The notes below the pieces were generated by a model, which was not told the origin of the DNA, made no database searches, and saw nothing but the letters and a program-made list of their open reading frames with translations. A stretch of DNA of 63,285 nucleotides, counting the filler, from Licmophora abbreviata (taxonomy: Eukaryota), in NCBI GenBank assembly GCA_900291995.1. It is 12 parts of 12 records of this genome, joined end to end, with 100 filler letters (N's around TTAATTAATTAA, not from the genome) between each part and the next. Parts side by side here need not be neighbours in the genome. Positions count along the whole stretch, not along the records: positions 21,063 to 41,187 come from OLMU01002042.1; positions 41,288 to 50,194 come from OLMU01002043.1; 10 more parts are not named here. One strand, 5' to 3'. The position numbers and the translations under genes were made by a program. Below, one piece after another: positions 35,284 to 46,528 of the stretch (the stretch's first letter is position 1; each line of letters opens with the position of its first letter).

Positions 35284-35572
35284 GATTTGATCCGAAACAG
35301 CGCCTTGGGCTAACAATGATCACAGAGGAAAGGAGCGTTCATCATTTGCGACGTCAACAGCGCGGCGCCGTTCGATCGAGCTCATGGCGGTGTTCGTACG
35401 GGCGGCGGATAGACGAGCGGGAAATGAACAAACCGTGCGAGGTCGTGAGAGCGCAAATTCAAAATCCGTACCCTCATTATCGGCTGATGGCTTGCTCGTA
35501 ATGACGGAGACCATGACCACACTGAACACTCTCATGTTCCATCCTCTCGACGGCATTTCTTGATCGATCGGC

Positions 35573-38314
35573 ATGGACAGTGCGTACAACCATCTCATCA
35601 GTACAATGGAAGACTCTAATATCTTGCGAGCACCTTCGTTCTCCAATCAAAAGTCAAATTTGAGTGCCCTAGCAGCGTCATTGGCTACCTTTTCTCGAAA
35701 GCTCCAACGCGAGGCTCGGTCGCTCCGTCTTGATCGTCAGACCGATGAACATCACTCCCGCAGCCTCGATTCATCTCATAACCTCTCTCAATACTTTCTA
35801 GGCAAGCAGCAGGACCGACTGACGCGAGTAGAAGAATCCTTGCTGAGAGCCACAGAGTACATTCTTCCCATTGACAGCCAGCGCATGACCGTAACGGAGC
35901 TGGCACAGACTTGCGCGTCTTTGCACAGCGCCAATGTTCGCAAAATGGAAGAGCTAGATCGCATACTGCATCGTGCGGGTGTATACAGCGAGTCGGAAGG
36001 GCCTCCCTATAATTTACAAGACTGGCAAGCTTGTTCCTGGGAGGATCTCCCGGAGAAGCCGAATAGAACCACCACCACCATTACTCCTCCGTCGTGGCAG
36101 TCTGTGCCACCGCTGCAACCTCTGGAACAGCTCATCGAGACTGACAATGAAACAGACGGGACGGTGACACCAGGATCAGCTTATTTCTTTTCTCCGCCGC
36201 TTTCAGCCGCGTCAGAGGGGCACCATCAGGGCACGCCGAACACTCCTGCTACACCTCCCGCATTGGCCAGCCTTCATTTCAGGTACGTGTACTCTCACGC
36301 ATGCCGACTTTTCGAGAACTGTATTGATCCTCGAAGTATCTCACTCTGCAAACTCTCTTCCGTCTCTTTATCCCGGTCCCTCAGTGCCAATACGGCGTCG
36401 GTATTGAAACAGAAGAAGCAAGAGTCGGAAAGCCGTCCGACCACTGGAACGACGCCGACGATGCGATACAGTCTCGATGCCGTGGAATCCTGGCGGGAAA
36501 GTCGACGCAGCGTTCTGTCGACTGTCAGCAGCAGTGGTGGTCGCAGTCGTACTAGCGATACGACGCGCGGAAAGGATACAAAGTCGGACGAAACAAGAAC
36601 GAGTGGGGCGCACGAGCGGACGGCATTGGATTTCGTTTCAAGGGAGAATATCGAGCTATCGACGTCGAATGAGGATATTCAGAAACTTTCAATTCCGCGA
36701 ACGCTGCAGAACACAACCGTCATTGGATATGACGAAGCAAGCGTATTGGATGACGAGACTGTAGCTGCTACGGTCGCGACGAGGCTGGCAGTCGGGCGGC
36801 AGCGTGCGGCCACGACTCTGCAACCGAGCGCCGCGTTTTGCGAGTCGGAAAGAGGAAACGTCGTTGAGAGAGAGCCACCATTAGAAGCGAGACAAAGCAA
36901 AACAGTGAAAGGAGCTAATGCCGGCTCCTCGTCGAGGTCGACATTGACAACAGCAAGTACCAATGATTCTCATAATGTGTTGAGGGTGAGAGGCGATGCC
37001 CTTTGCAGCCCAAGAGCCAACGCGTCAAAAGGAAGACGAAAGGGCGTTTCATTTGCAGTACGTGAGATCAGCCCTTCGAAACACTCTGCCGCCGGTTCGA
37101 GAGCAGTGGCGAACAGGAAGGATTCGCTTTCTTCCAGCAGTGCGCACAGTGTCAGGGAGATCATTGTTGACTCGAATACGTCGTCCTACTCGACAGACCT
37201 GGATGAAAGTACTCTGGGCACCCTTACATTGAATGACACGTTTCCTTCCCCTTCCAAGTCGTTTGCTGTTGAACCTACTCAAGACGGCGGCGAGAGCATC
37301 ACGTCGACCCCGGTCCTCGCTCGGTACAGAGTGGAGGCTGACGACTCCAGTATAGGCGTAAAGGTCGTCCCGAACGAGAGAGGATCTTCACGTGAATCCA
37401 ATGTTCCGAGAGTCAAAGATCGACTCCAGAAGTACAATAGTCGCTGGAACATCCCCCCACTTCAACCTCTTCAAGTTGCTACGCCAAAAGCGGACCCAGT
37501 CGATTCGAATCCAATGTTCTTCGACAATCTCATCTCGCCCAACGTGACATGCCGATCGAATAAGAAGGTCTTTCGCAGGACACCACACCCAAAGAAACAA
37601 GCGCAAATCAACCTACCAGAGCAACCAGATGAGAATATTGATCCCAATAGCTCTCTCCAACTCGATCTTGATGACGATGCGAGCTCTCTTCTTCCAAAGT
37701 CGGAGGCCAGATCCAGGGCAGGCGGCTCGTCATCATTGTCGTCCTCTACAGCAAAGAAGACACCACTCACACCGACTCCTTCGAAACATGTTCAGCGGTC
37801 TGTATTTCAGGGGCCCTCTGATTGTTCTTCAGAACCTCTGCGCCACGATATGAAGAAGCACCAAAGTCCAGCGCAGAGGACACCTTTAACAGCTGCTTTC
37901 GTGGCGAAGCACATGTTCGGCGACAGAAAGTTAATCGAATCATTTGCTGCAACAAACGATTCCATGATATCATTGGAAGACATAACCCCGACTAGAATTG
38001 TTGAAGATCGAGTTGTGGTCGACTGTGTGACATTGGATGAATACGAGCGTGCGCCTAAGGTCGTGCGCATGCAGGTAACGTTGAACGAAGTCAACGCTGG
38101 GGTAGATGCACTGAACAAATTGCTTTCTGAGGATGCTGCTATGAACAGCTCACACAGCCCACAATTGTCAGAAAGTGAAATCGAAATGCTAATGCAAGAG
38201 AGCTTCAGTGCACAAAAGAGCAAGACCGTGCTGATGAGTCTGTGTCATTGGCGACGATTGTCCATGAGACAGCGGCGGAACGGCGGTGCGCGGTGCTTCC
38301 AACTGAATCCATAG
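35573..38314 (+). CDS. Kinetochore SKA-complex subunit-like protein (SKA3-like); probable stopless 102-nt intron 36283-36384
   Basis: N-terminal coiled coil, long S/T/P-rich linker with many TP/SP sites, and C-terminal VTLDEYERAPKVVRMQVTLNEVN...VLMSLCHWRRL resembling the SKA winged-helix module. Confidence 0.6.
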   Translation: MDSAYNHLISTMEDSNILRAPSFSNQKSNLSALAASLATFSRKLQREARSLRLDRQTDEHHSRSLDSSHNLSQYFLGKQQDRLTRVEESLLRATEYILPIDSQRMTVTELAQTCASLHSANVRKMEELDRILHRAGVYSESEGPPYNLQDWQACSWEDLPEKPNRTTTTITPPSWQSVPPLQPLEQLIETDNETDGTVTPGSAYFFSPPLSAASEGHHQGTPNTPATPPALASLHFRYVYSHACRLFENCIDPRSISLCKLSSVSLSRSLSANTASVLKQKKQESESRPTTGTTPTMRYSLDAVESWRESRRSVLSTVSSSGGRSRTSDTTRGKDTKSDETRTSGAHERTALDFVSRENIELSTSNEDIQKLSIPRTLQNTTVIGYDEASVLDDETVAATVATRLAVGRQRAATTLQPSAAFCESERGNVVEREPPLEARQSKTVKGANAGSSSRSTLTTASTNDSHNVLRVRGDALCSPRANASKGRRKGVSFAVREISPSKHSAAGSRAVANRKDSLSSSSAHSVREIIVDSNTSSYSTDLDESTLGTLTLNDTFPSPSKSFAVEPTQDGGESITSTPVLARYRVEADDSSIGVKVVPNERGSSRESNVPRVKDRLQKYNSRWNIPPLQPLQVATPKADPVDSNPMFFDNLISPNVTCRSNKKVFRRTPHPKKQAQINLPEQPDENIDPNSSLQLDLDDDASSLLPKSEARSRAGGSSSLSSSTAKKTPLTPTPSKHVQRSVFQGPSDCSSEPLRHDMKKHQSPAQRTPLTAAFVAKHMFGDRKLIESFAATNDSMISLEDITPTRIVEDRVVVDCVTLDEYERAPKVVRMQVTLNEVNAGVDALNKLLSEDAAMNSSHSPQLSESEIEMLMQESFSAQKSKTVLMSLCHWRRLSMRQRRNGGARCFQLNP

Positions 38315-38537
38315 ATCGCCTATGCTCCTCAAAAGGAAAACTAATACGATATCGTTACCAGCATGTGCCGGTGTAAAATACAGGATGCAGTTTGCAACAA
38401 AGGTCGAAGTGCGTATGATCTCTAATACTAGCTGTTACGGAAGTATTTCTTTCAAAATCCCATTGACAGTCAGTGGTTTAGCGTGCAGGCTGCGTGTCGG
38501 TGTGATTGCATTTTCCTATTAGCTTGAACCTGCTAAC

Positions 38538-39253
38538 TTAGTTCTTGCATCCAGGGGCGCCGCTGCAACGAGAACGGAGAACGACAACAATACGCGTGAG
38601 TTAACTGTGCGTGGAATGAAAACACGCTGCCACGATCCATCCACAAACTTACGGGGCATCACCGGGCTTGGGGTTCTTGGCACGCTCCTCAGCCTCCTCG
38701 CGTTCAGCCATCATGGTCTGGAAGTTGGCATCACCGCGCTGGGGGTCCTTGTAGAAGGACTCGCCAGGGTAGATTCCGGACGCATCAGGGGTGTTTCCTC
38801 CGAAAGTCTCAAAGGGGTTGAAGTTCATGGTGGATCGAGGCTGGTTGGGATCCCAGGAGTTGTAGACATCCTTCTTGGCGTCGTTATCCCAAAGCTTATC
38901 GTCGTACTTTCCGTACTCGATGAAGAGTTTGGTCGACGGCCGAGCAAAGGCGGGGTTGGTGGGAGCAAACGCCGAAGCGGAGGCGGCAAGGGCAAGGAGG
39001 GCAACAATCTTGGTGTACTGTTGAGTGAGTAATATAAGAGGGAAGGGCGTGAGATGGTATCAAAGGAGTGACCAGCAGAGTCGAAACATCGAATCTTCTA
39101 ATGACCAACGTTTACCGTCATCTCGTCTAGCGTACAACAAGTCCTGAGATGAGGTTGAGGCGCCACCGATGGTCTCCAGGACTTGAGTCATCTCTCGGCT
39201 CCAGGATGCGCACATCACATTGTAGTGCCCCAAGTATCTCCTGCACTTACCAT
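38538..39253 (-). CDS. 130-aa plastid-targeted protein of unknown function (exons 39253-39251, 39017-38653, 38562-38538)
   Basis: ATG|gtaagt...cag|TAC gives MYTKIVALLALAASASAFAP... with a perfect ASAFAP motif; ends KPGDAPGAPGCKN*; strong C-ending codon bias. Confidence 0.9.
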
Positions 39254-39460
39254 GGTGATAGTCTTGATCCAAAATTGAGAAATTGTGAGCAGATCTGGAG
39301 GCGTATCCTTTCTCGCATTGACATCCCGTAGAAATGTACGCACCTCCTACGTAGACTGAAGTACGTACGCGACCAAGAACAAACCATCTGACGACTGACG
39401 ACCGCCACGGAAGCAACACAACACGCAATTTCAAGATTTGTCACACGTTTCTCAGCGGAG

Positions 39461-39556
39461 ACGTCACTCATCGCAATGATGACGAAATCATCGGAAGCTT
39501 TGACGTATGATCAAGGCAAACCTGCGGCCGTCGCACCGTCATCAGGTCTCACGTGA
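39461..39556. promoter_or_regulatory. Cluster of TGACGT/ACGTCA boxes and a CACGTG box upstream of the plastid protein gene
   Basis: ACGTCA at 39461, TGACGT at 39501, TCACGTGA at 39549. Confidence 0.4.
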
Positions 39557-40267
39557 TACTTGATCGTCGAGGGTTCCGTTCATGGCGGATGAGCAGGATT
39601 CCTTGCTACTATGATAAGCTAGAATTGAGGCGACGGGAAACGATGACCTAGCTTTGTGGCAAGATGGAAGTTCACACCCGCGGTGAAACTTAAAGCCGGT
39701 TACCACCGTCACATGCGTTCCCCAAAAGACAGGGTGAGAGCAAAGCCGAGGCTCTCATACTTGGTGATGAGCCAACGAGATACAAGAGGCTTCGCGACGA
39801 TAGACTTGACTCAATCTTTTCCCTAAAAAAATACATTTGGAATTATCATTAAATAACCTTAATACACTAATACCATAAATGGTATGCAGATATTCGTGAC
39901 TATAGGTATCGCCAAGGCTCGCTGCGTCGTCTCGTCGTCGTCCCGACAGGCCGCACAGATTCACAGATAAGGCCTGTGAGAGGGACAGCTTTCAGCGTCA
40001 TGGCGCCTGATATCATACTGGGTCTTCAAGACGGCAAGCAAGCTACGCAGAAAGAAACGACCGCCCCGAGGATATTTACCGGAAGCAATTGCACATTATC
40101 CTTGAAACTAACTGGTCTACTTTGTTCTGTTTGAGAAGCACCAAGATTAGGTTGAAGTCTGGAAAGCTTTTGTACAAATTTTCGTCGAGCATCACCGCGA
40201 CTTGACCGCCTGGGGCCGAGATTTGGGATTGAAAGTATCTAGTACCCAGTACCGATACTCTACAAAA

Positions 40268-43200
40268 ATGGCGGATAAAAAAGGAGGATTGGTCCGGAAT
40301 TTACTTCTCCCAAGCTACGTCGAGGCCGGGTCGAACGCTGCATTTCATGGTCAAGACTGTGAGTCTAAGTCCGAGGCCACCACTGCCGTGCTTGACAATA
40401 GGACTGCCACACAACTCGAGTCGTACATGCCCGAAGACGGCGCTTACGACGATGGATCTTCAGCTCCCCATCCCTCGAATGAAAACCTTCACACCGAAAC
40501 GGTCGTTTCAGAGAGCATGGTCCCACCCGCACCTGGGGCTCCGATGTCGTCCGCTGCGCCACGAACGAAATTCTTTCCATCCACGGACCCGCAGTCCTCG
40601 CCGCGGGTGGCATTGCCAGTGCGGGTACCGCCGATCCGGAGCACTTCTCTCACGCCGCACATTGGAAGCGTGTCGTCCTTTCCGCCGTCTCCCCGACAGG
40701 ACGATGGAGGGGATCCTTCCAGTATTCTGGACCACTCATCAATGACGGCGAGTTCGGGAGCCTTCAGTTCGGTATTGGGAGGCCTGAATTTTCTGAAGGA
40801 CGAGGATGGGACGGAGCCGGTACACGACTCACCAGTAAAAGAAGAAGAACAAGAGGAAACTCCATTGAAGGGCAATCGCAGCACCTCTATCGATAAGGCG
40901 AACAGTAGAGATTCCGAGGCGCTGTCGGCCACGACAGACTCTTTTGCTGCCTTAACGTTTCGGAACATTGAACGAAACCGACAGGAATCGAACTCAGACA
41001 TGACCTCGGATGTCAACTCAACCGCATCAGAGATGGGCACAATCGTTGGCGCGCCTGGACGTTTGGAAGAAATTGCAGCAATGGCGGCTCAGGCAGAGCA
41101 TAGCTCCGCCGAGCACAGCGAGGGCGACATCCCATCCACCGCCTCCTCAGCGTCGACTGACGAGTTGTCTATACCCGTACTGGAGAGNNNNNNNNNNNNN
41201 NNNNNNNNNNNNNNNNNNNNNNNNNNNNNNNTTAATTAATTAANNNNNNNNNNNNNNNNNNNNNNNNNNNNNNNNNNNNNNNNNNNNTGGAGAGCCAGAC
41301 GCAAGATAGAGACGGTGTCTTCCGTGAGGTATCGAAAAAGCAAGAGAATCCATCTGCCAGCGCTATCATGACGGCTGCTTTTCGACGGCTGGGGAACAAC
41401 CTTGGGAGTAGGTCATTTTCCAATCAGTCACCCACAGTGACCTCGATGTCCGCACCTTCGACCCCTCGAGTGCAGCCAAAAAGGAACGAACAAACCGTAT
41501 CATCGGCGCTTTCACCAGCAGCCAATGATCCACAGGAAATGCTGCCGTCATTTATTTTGCGGTCGCCGGGCTCGGCTATTCGTGCAAGGTCAACCGAAAG
41601 GCGACGGGCGCGAGCTAGCACACCTATCCTGTCACCGCGAACGTCATTCCGAAACAGTGGGCCATCGAGGGCGCGAGCCGACAGCAGTCCGTTGCTCCGT
41701 CATGCAAATTCGCTGGCTTCACCCATTCGGTTTGCAAGAGGTTGTTTGTCCAGTGACACCACTACGAACGAAACTGGACTGGATTCACCATCAGAGCTCC
41801 GGTATGCGAAATCGTGGACACCACGAACTCCTAAAGCTCGCTCGCTACACCAAAGTCAGAGCTGGGATGTCACGGGGAGTGGGTCAGTGTTCTCGCCTCC
41901 GTCTGCTGCCCCGGAAGAGTCGTACCAGTCGTTTGAGTTTGGGACTTCCAAGTCGATGGAAGGTGACGGCATTCGGAGTGCCTTTAGACTAGCTCCTTCT
42001 CGAGGTCGAATAAGGTACGCAAACGGGTACGATTTACGGGGTCCGGGAGGACCAAAGAATGGTAGTGACATCCCGGAGAAGAGGGATTTCAGTCCTGTCA
42101 TAGCTGAGAGCAAGGATGCGTTGGCGTTGCGTACTCCTCACAGAATAGAAATTGAAAGGGAGGACGCGCTTGACATTTTAGCATGCCTTGTTGAGCGGAG
42201 TTTGGCATTTGATCAAGAGTTGGAATCTTCCTCTCGTCTCCCTGCAACTACCGAAAGTGAGGTTGGCGACGGCGATGGCGGAGACAAGACCAACAATAGT
42301 GAGAAAGGCAACATCAGAACCCAGGACGACGACGGCGTATCTACGTTTGTTGAAGCCGGCAGTCTTTCTGCGGATGTGATGGAATCGCCCCCAAAGACGA
42401 GACGGGCGCCGACCACGGCCGTAAACATTGAGCGTTCTGATTCGTACTCGTCCCAGCTCACGGACGCTGTCAGCACACTACGGATAATCAGTCAACAGTA
42501 TGACACCAGTACGAGCGGAACATCGCAGCCAGGGAACAATCACGAAGGTCGCATGAGAGCCATCGACGAACTTTTCCGGTCTCACACATATGCTGTTGAG
42601 ATGAGGCGGGCTTCCAAATCAGCATCAGCGTGGTTGCGATCTATTGGTCGACCGGGCAGCAAAGAAGAACAAGTGCGATCCCAGGACCTCAACTCCCTAA
42701 GAAAGGATGGGGTAGATTTGACGAGTACACAAGACGAGTGTGCACCCGATCCTAGAGAGCACAACCAATCTGCCGGAGAGGAACAAGACAAGAATAGCGA
42801 ACGGCTAGATCTGGTATCGCTAAAAGCTATGCTGCACTCGGCCCAGCTGAAAGCGGAAGAAAAAGAAAACCATGCGCGACGATTAAACGAAGAGCTTTCC
42901 AAGTGTCGAGCCGAGATTGGAAGGCTGAGAAGCGCCTCTCGCGCTGAGGTGAGAATATCTAGTACTATAACTTTGCTGGGTTTTCGCGACGCCAACCTCA
43001 CGCTCTACCCGTTCTGACTTCTGAAGGCTGTCTTTCAGTCACCCAACAGGTCGATTCTTGACAATGATGATGATTCGACAAGCTCCGTGGACGGCTCGAA
43101 AAGCAAGGGATCGGCCAGAATGCTCGAAGATGCCATCCGTCATGACGCAAGCCCCATCCCGCAAGCTGATGGAGAGGGAGACTTGAGCGTTGAGGCCTCA

Positions 43201-44852
43201 TTCTGCAGAAGCGATGTTCAGACAGGCCCACATGAAACCAACCCAACCGAAGGCTTTGCCGCCCTTGCGGATGCAAAGAAAGAGGCGGTACTTCTGAAAG
43301 CGGCGCTCGCAGAGGCTAACGACAAGATTAGAAAGCTTCACGGCGACAGCCAGTCCGAGGGTGCGGCTCCGGTAGTCTTCATCGCCAATCCCGAGCTAAG
43401 CAAAGACTGGACGAATACAAGACGGCCGTGAAGATGGCTCAAGAGACAAAGGCTTCTGCTGAGAGCAGACGGGATGCACCGAAACTCTCGCCCTTTAAAG
43501 AAGACGTTGGATCGCCCCGTCGCACTATCAATGTACGGATGCTAGATGGCGAGAATTTTACCACGGAATGGGATGATTTGATCCAACCGCTTCCTCCACC
43601 TCCGGATCACGGCCTACGATCGCCAATTGTGGCAGCCCTGTTGCAGCAGTGGACATCTGACAGTTCCATGCACGATTCTTTACTTGGATGGATGGATCGC
43701 ATCATGAGAGGGACTGATCTGGAGACAGTCCCTCCTCTCACCATCTCCAGTCTTGACCACCAGGTGCGAGATGGCTTTTCCATGCACGTTCTCCCGCTGC
43801 TCTTGCGAAGATCCGACATTTGTGTGAACGTCAAGACGCGAGCGCATCGACGAACGACCTACGACATGTCGGTCTTCGTTTCTCGGTCTGTAAACATGAC
43901 ACCCGATGCAAGGGGAACTGACGGTATACACCCACCCTCCACTCAAAAGGCCAACAAGGCCCATGTTATGGCGTTCAGGGCAACGACACAAGGAAGCGAT
44001 GGTATTGCTGCAGAAGACTCGGGAAAGGGCGATTTAGACGACTCTCTTGCGGCTAGAAAAGCCAAGGTTTCGGACTACCTCCGCACCAGCGCTTCCAGTT
44101 TTGGAGGCCGCTCGTCCGAGGCAGGAGGTCCCCCAGGAAGCGTCACCTACAGCTCCATCACGGAACACGCCACCAACCAGTCCCCGTATCGCTCCTCCGA
44201 CCGGCGCTTGCCACCCAGCGGACGCCACGTCGAACGCAACGTCCTACCGCCACCTCCCCCCACAGGCGCTACCATCATGAGCGACGACATTAGCATTGGT
44301 TCAAGCATGACGGGCGGAAGTCAAAAGAGTGCACAAGGCCAAGCGAGCATAATGGGTGCACTTGGCGGCGCCTTTGGCTTGCTCCGGCGCTCTGGCAACA
44401 GCAAACCGCCGACGCCTGTGCCACCGGCCTTGCAGGCGGCAGCGTCTCTTGGCGATGATATGAGCGGAGTCGATGCTGGCGTTCCATCCTTTGTTCGTCA
44501 GTCGCCGTCGCTAATGCCGTCCATGCGAGCCAATGACGACGATGTAACCCAACCGTACCATCGAGTCGTGTCTGCACCGCCTGGTCGCATCGGTGTGACG
44601 TTTGTCGACTACCGCGGACATGCCATGGTGAGCGATGTGGCCTCTGACAGTCCCTTGGAGGGTTGGGTGTTTCCTTCTGACATTTTGATTGCCATTGATG
44701 AGATCCCCGTGAGCGGCATGCGTGTTCGAGACATTGTAAAGCTTTTGACCACTCGGAAAGACCGGCAGCGTGCTCTTCGCATGATCTCCAGTCACTCCAT
44801 GTCTTCGTTTACACTCAACACTACCACCCTCTCTGAAGTGGGAGCTTCGTAG
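40268..44852 (+). CDS. Large Ser-rich/coiled-coil protein with C-terminal PDZ-like domain (spacer at 41188, intron 42949-43026, apparent frameshift ~43330-43375)
   Basis: Frame is continuous across the contig overlap (VLE|SQTQ). C-terminal APPGRIGVTF...VSDVASDSPLEGWVFPSDILIAID. Confidence 0.72.
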
Positions 44853-44996
44853 TGTGCCAAAAACAGTCGTAGCAGTAACAAAACTAGAACTACAGGTCTC
44901 TACGCTCATAAATTGTTCAAGATGTACGCTCTTCTAATACGTATTATTACAGCTGAGCCGCCCAGCCTCGGCGCCGAGTCCCAACGCTCAGAAAAA

Positions 44997-45347
44997 TTAG
45001 GCCGACGAAAACTTTGTGACCGCCTTGGTACCCTCCGACACGGCGTGCTTGGCAAGCTCACCCGGGAGCATGAGACGCACGGCTGTTTGGATCTCGCGGC
45101 TGGACAAGGTGGCCTTCTTATTGTAAGTAGCAAGCTTTCCGGCTTCGGTGGCAATACGCTCGAAAATGTCGTTGATGAAGGAGTTCATGATGGACATGCC
45201 CTTCTTGGAGATACCAGTGTCGGGGTGGACCTGCTTGAGGACCTTGTAAATGTACGAGGAGTACGTCTCCGTGCGCTTCTTGGAGCGGGTGGTGGTCGCC
45301 TTCTTCGGAGCCTTCTTGGCAGATTGCTTGGAGGGAGTCTTGGCCAT
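44997..45347 (-). CDS. H2B: Histone H2B
   Basis: [12 protein letters not shown]...[21 protein letters not shown]...[21 protein letters not shown]. Confidence 0.99.
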   Translation of the reverse strand: MAKTPSKQSAKKAPKKATTTRSKKRTETYSSYIYKVLKQVHPDTGISKKGMSIMNSFINDIFERIATEAGKLATYNKKATLSSREIQTAVRLMLPGELAKHAVSEGTKAVTKFSSA

Positions 45348-45954
45348 GGTGGAAATAAGAATAAAACTAAACAAGAGAGGCAGAAGAGAGGGTCGAGCGT
45401 GAGTACCAGTGTCAGATATGATATCGCGCCGGTGACAGCATTCCGAAATGACACCGACAGAGCTGATCGTCGTTCTGCTCTTCTCGTTGCCCAAACAGAC
45501 CAGCACATAGCTTCATTTGTGTTTCTATCATTTCATTCCCATTGTCAATAGCGCAAGAAAGCCAGAATCAGAGCTGCAATGAATCAGGGCGTCATGGCCA
45601 TACCTTAGGTGTCGTTCGGAAACAAGAGTTGAATTGTGAGACAAGCCGCTTCTTCGAGGCTGCTCAAGTGCCACGTAGGACTGGTATATTCAGCGCGTAT
45701 GTGCTCGAAACGTAAGGTTTGTACTAAAATCTCGCGCCCGATTTGAAGATTGGTATATTCATGTTTTATGATTGGATTCGAAAAACGAAGCGTGCGATTT
45801 ATTTTGCGGCGCGGGTATCCTGGACGTTGAATTCTACGTAACATGGTACAGATTTTGAGAAAGACCCTCCAAATGGACAAAATCGAGTCGTTCCCGATAT
45901 CCTCTCACAATTTCGATTCGACGCTTCATATCAAGGAAATTCACCAAAGCAACA

Positions 45955-46422
45955 ATGTCTGGTACGTTTCGATTGTCTCTGTCCCTGTGTGTGATACCTG
46001 ATGGGTTCACGACGACTTGCTGACCTGATAGGTATCTTTTTTCTCTTCTACTTGTCACAGGAAAAGGAAAAGGAGGCCGCGGAGCCAAAAAGTCCACCAC
46101 TGCATCGGCCAAGGCCGGCTTGCAGTTCCCCGTCGGTCGTATTGGCCGTTATCTCCGTCAAGGAAAATACGCGACTCGTATGGGAGCGGGAGCCCCCGTT
46201 TACCTCGCTGCTGTCCTCGAATACCTCTGTGCAGAAATTCTCGAACTTGCTGGAAACGCAGCGCGCGACAACAAGAAGAGCCGAATCGCACCCCGCCACA
46301 TCACGCTCGCGGTCAAGAACGACGAAGAGTTGAACAAGTTGCTTGGGGGTGTAACGATCGCTTCTGGAGGTGTTTTGCCAAACATTCATGCAGTTTTGCT
46401 TCCCAAGAAGAGTGGGAAATGA
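45955..46422 (+). CDS. H2A: Histone H2A (intron 45962-46060), divergent from H2B
   Basis: [30 protein letters not shown]...[16 protein letters not shown]; no SQ(E/D)-aromatic H2A.X tail. Confidence 0.98.
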
Positions 46423-46528
46423 GGAGCCTCTTTCGTTTTTCTTCTCTGAGCTCTGGCTCTAGGACTGTAACACTATAACTACTGTAGCACATCATGATAG
46501 CAACGCCATGGCTATAGACCTAAATTGA

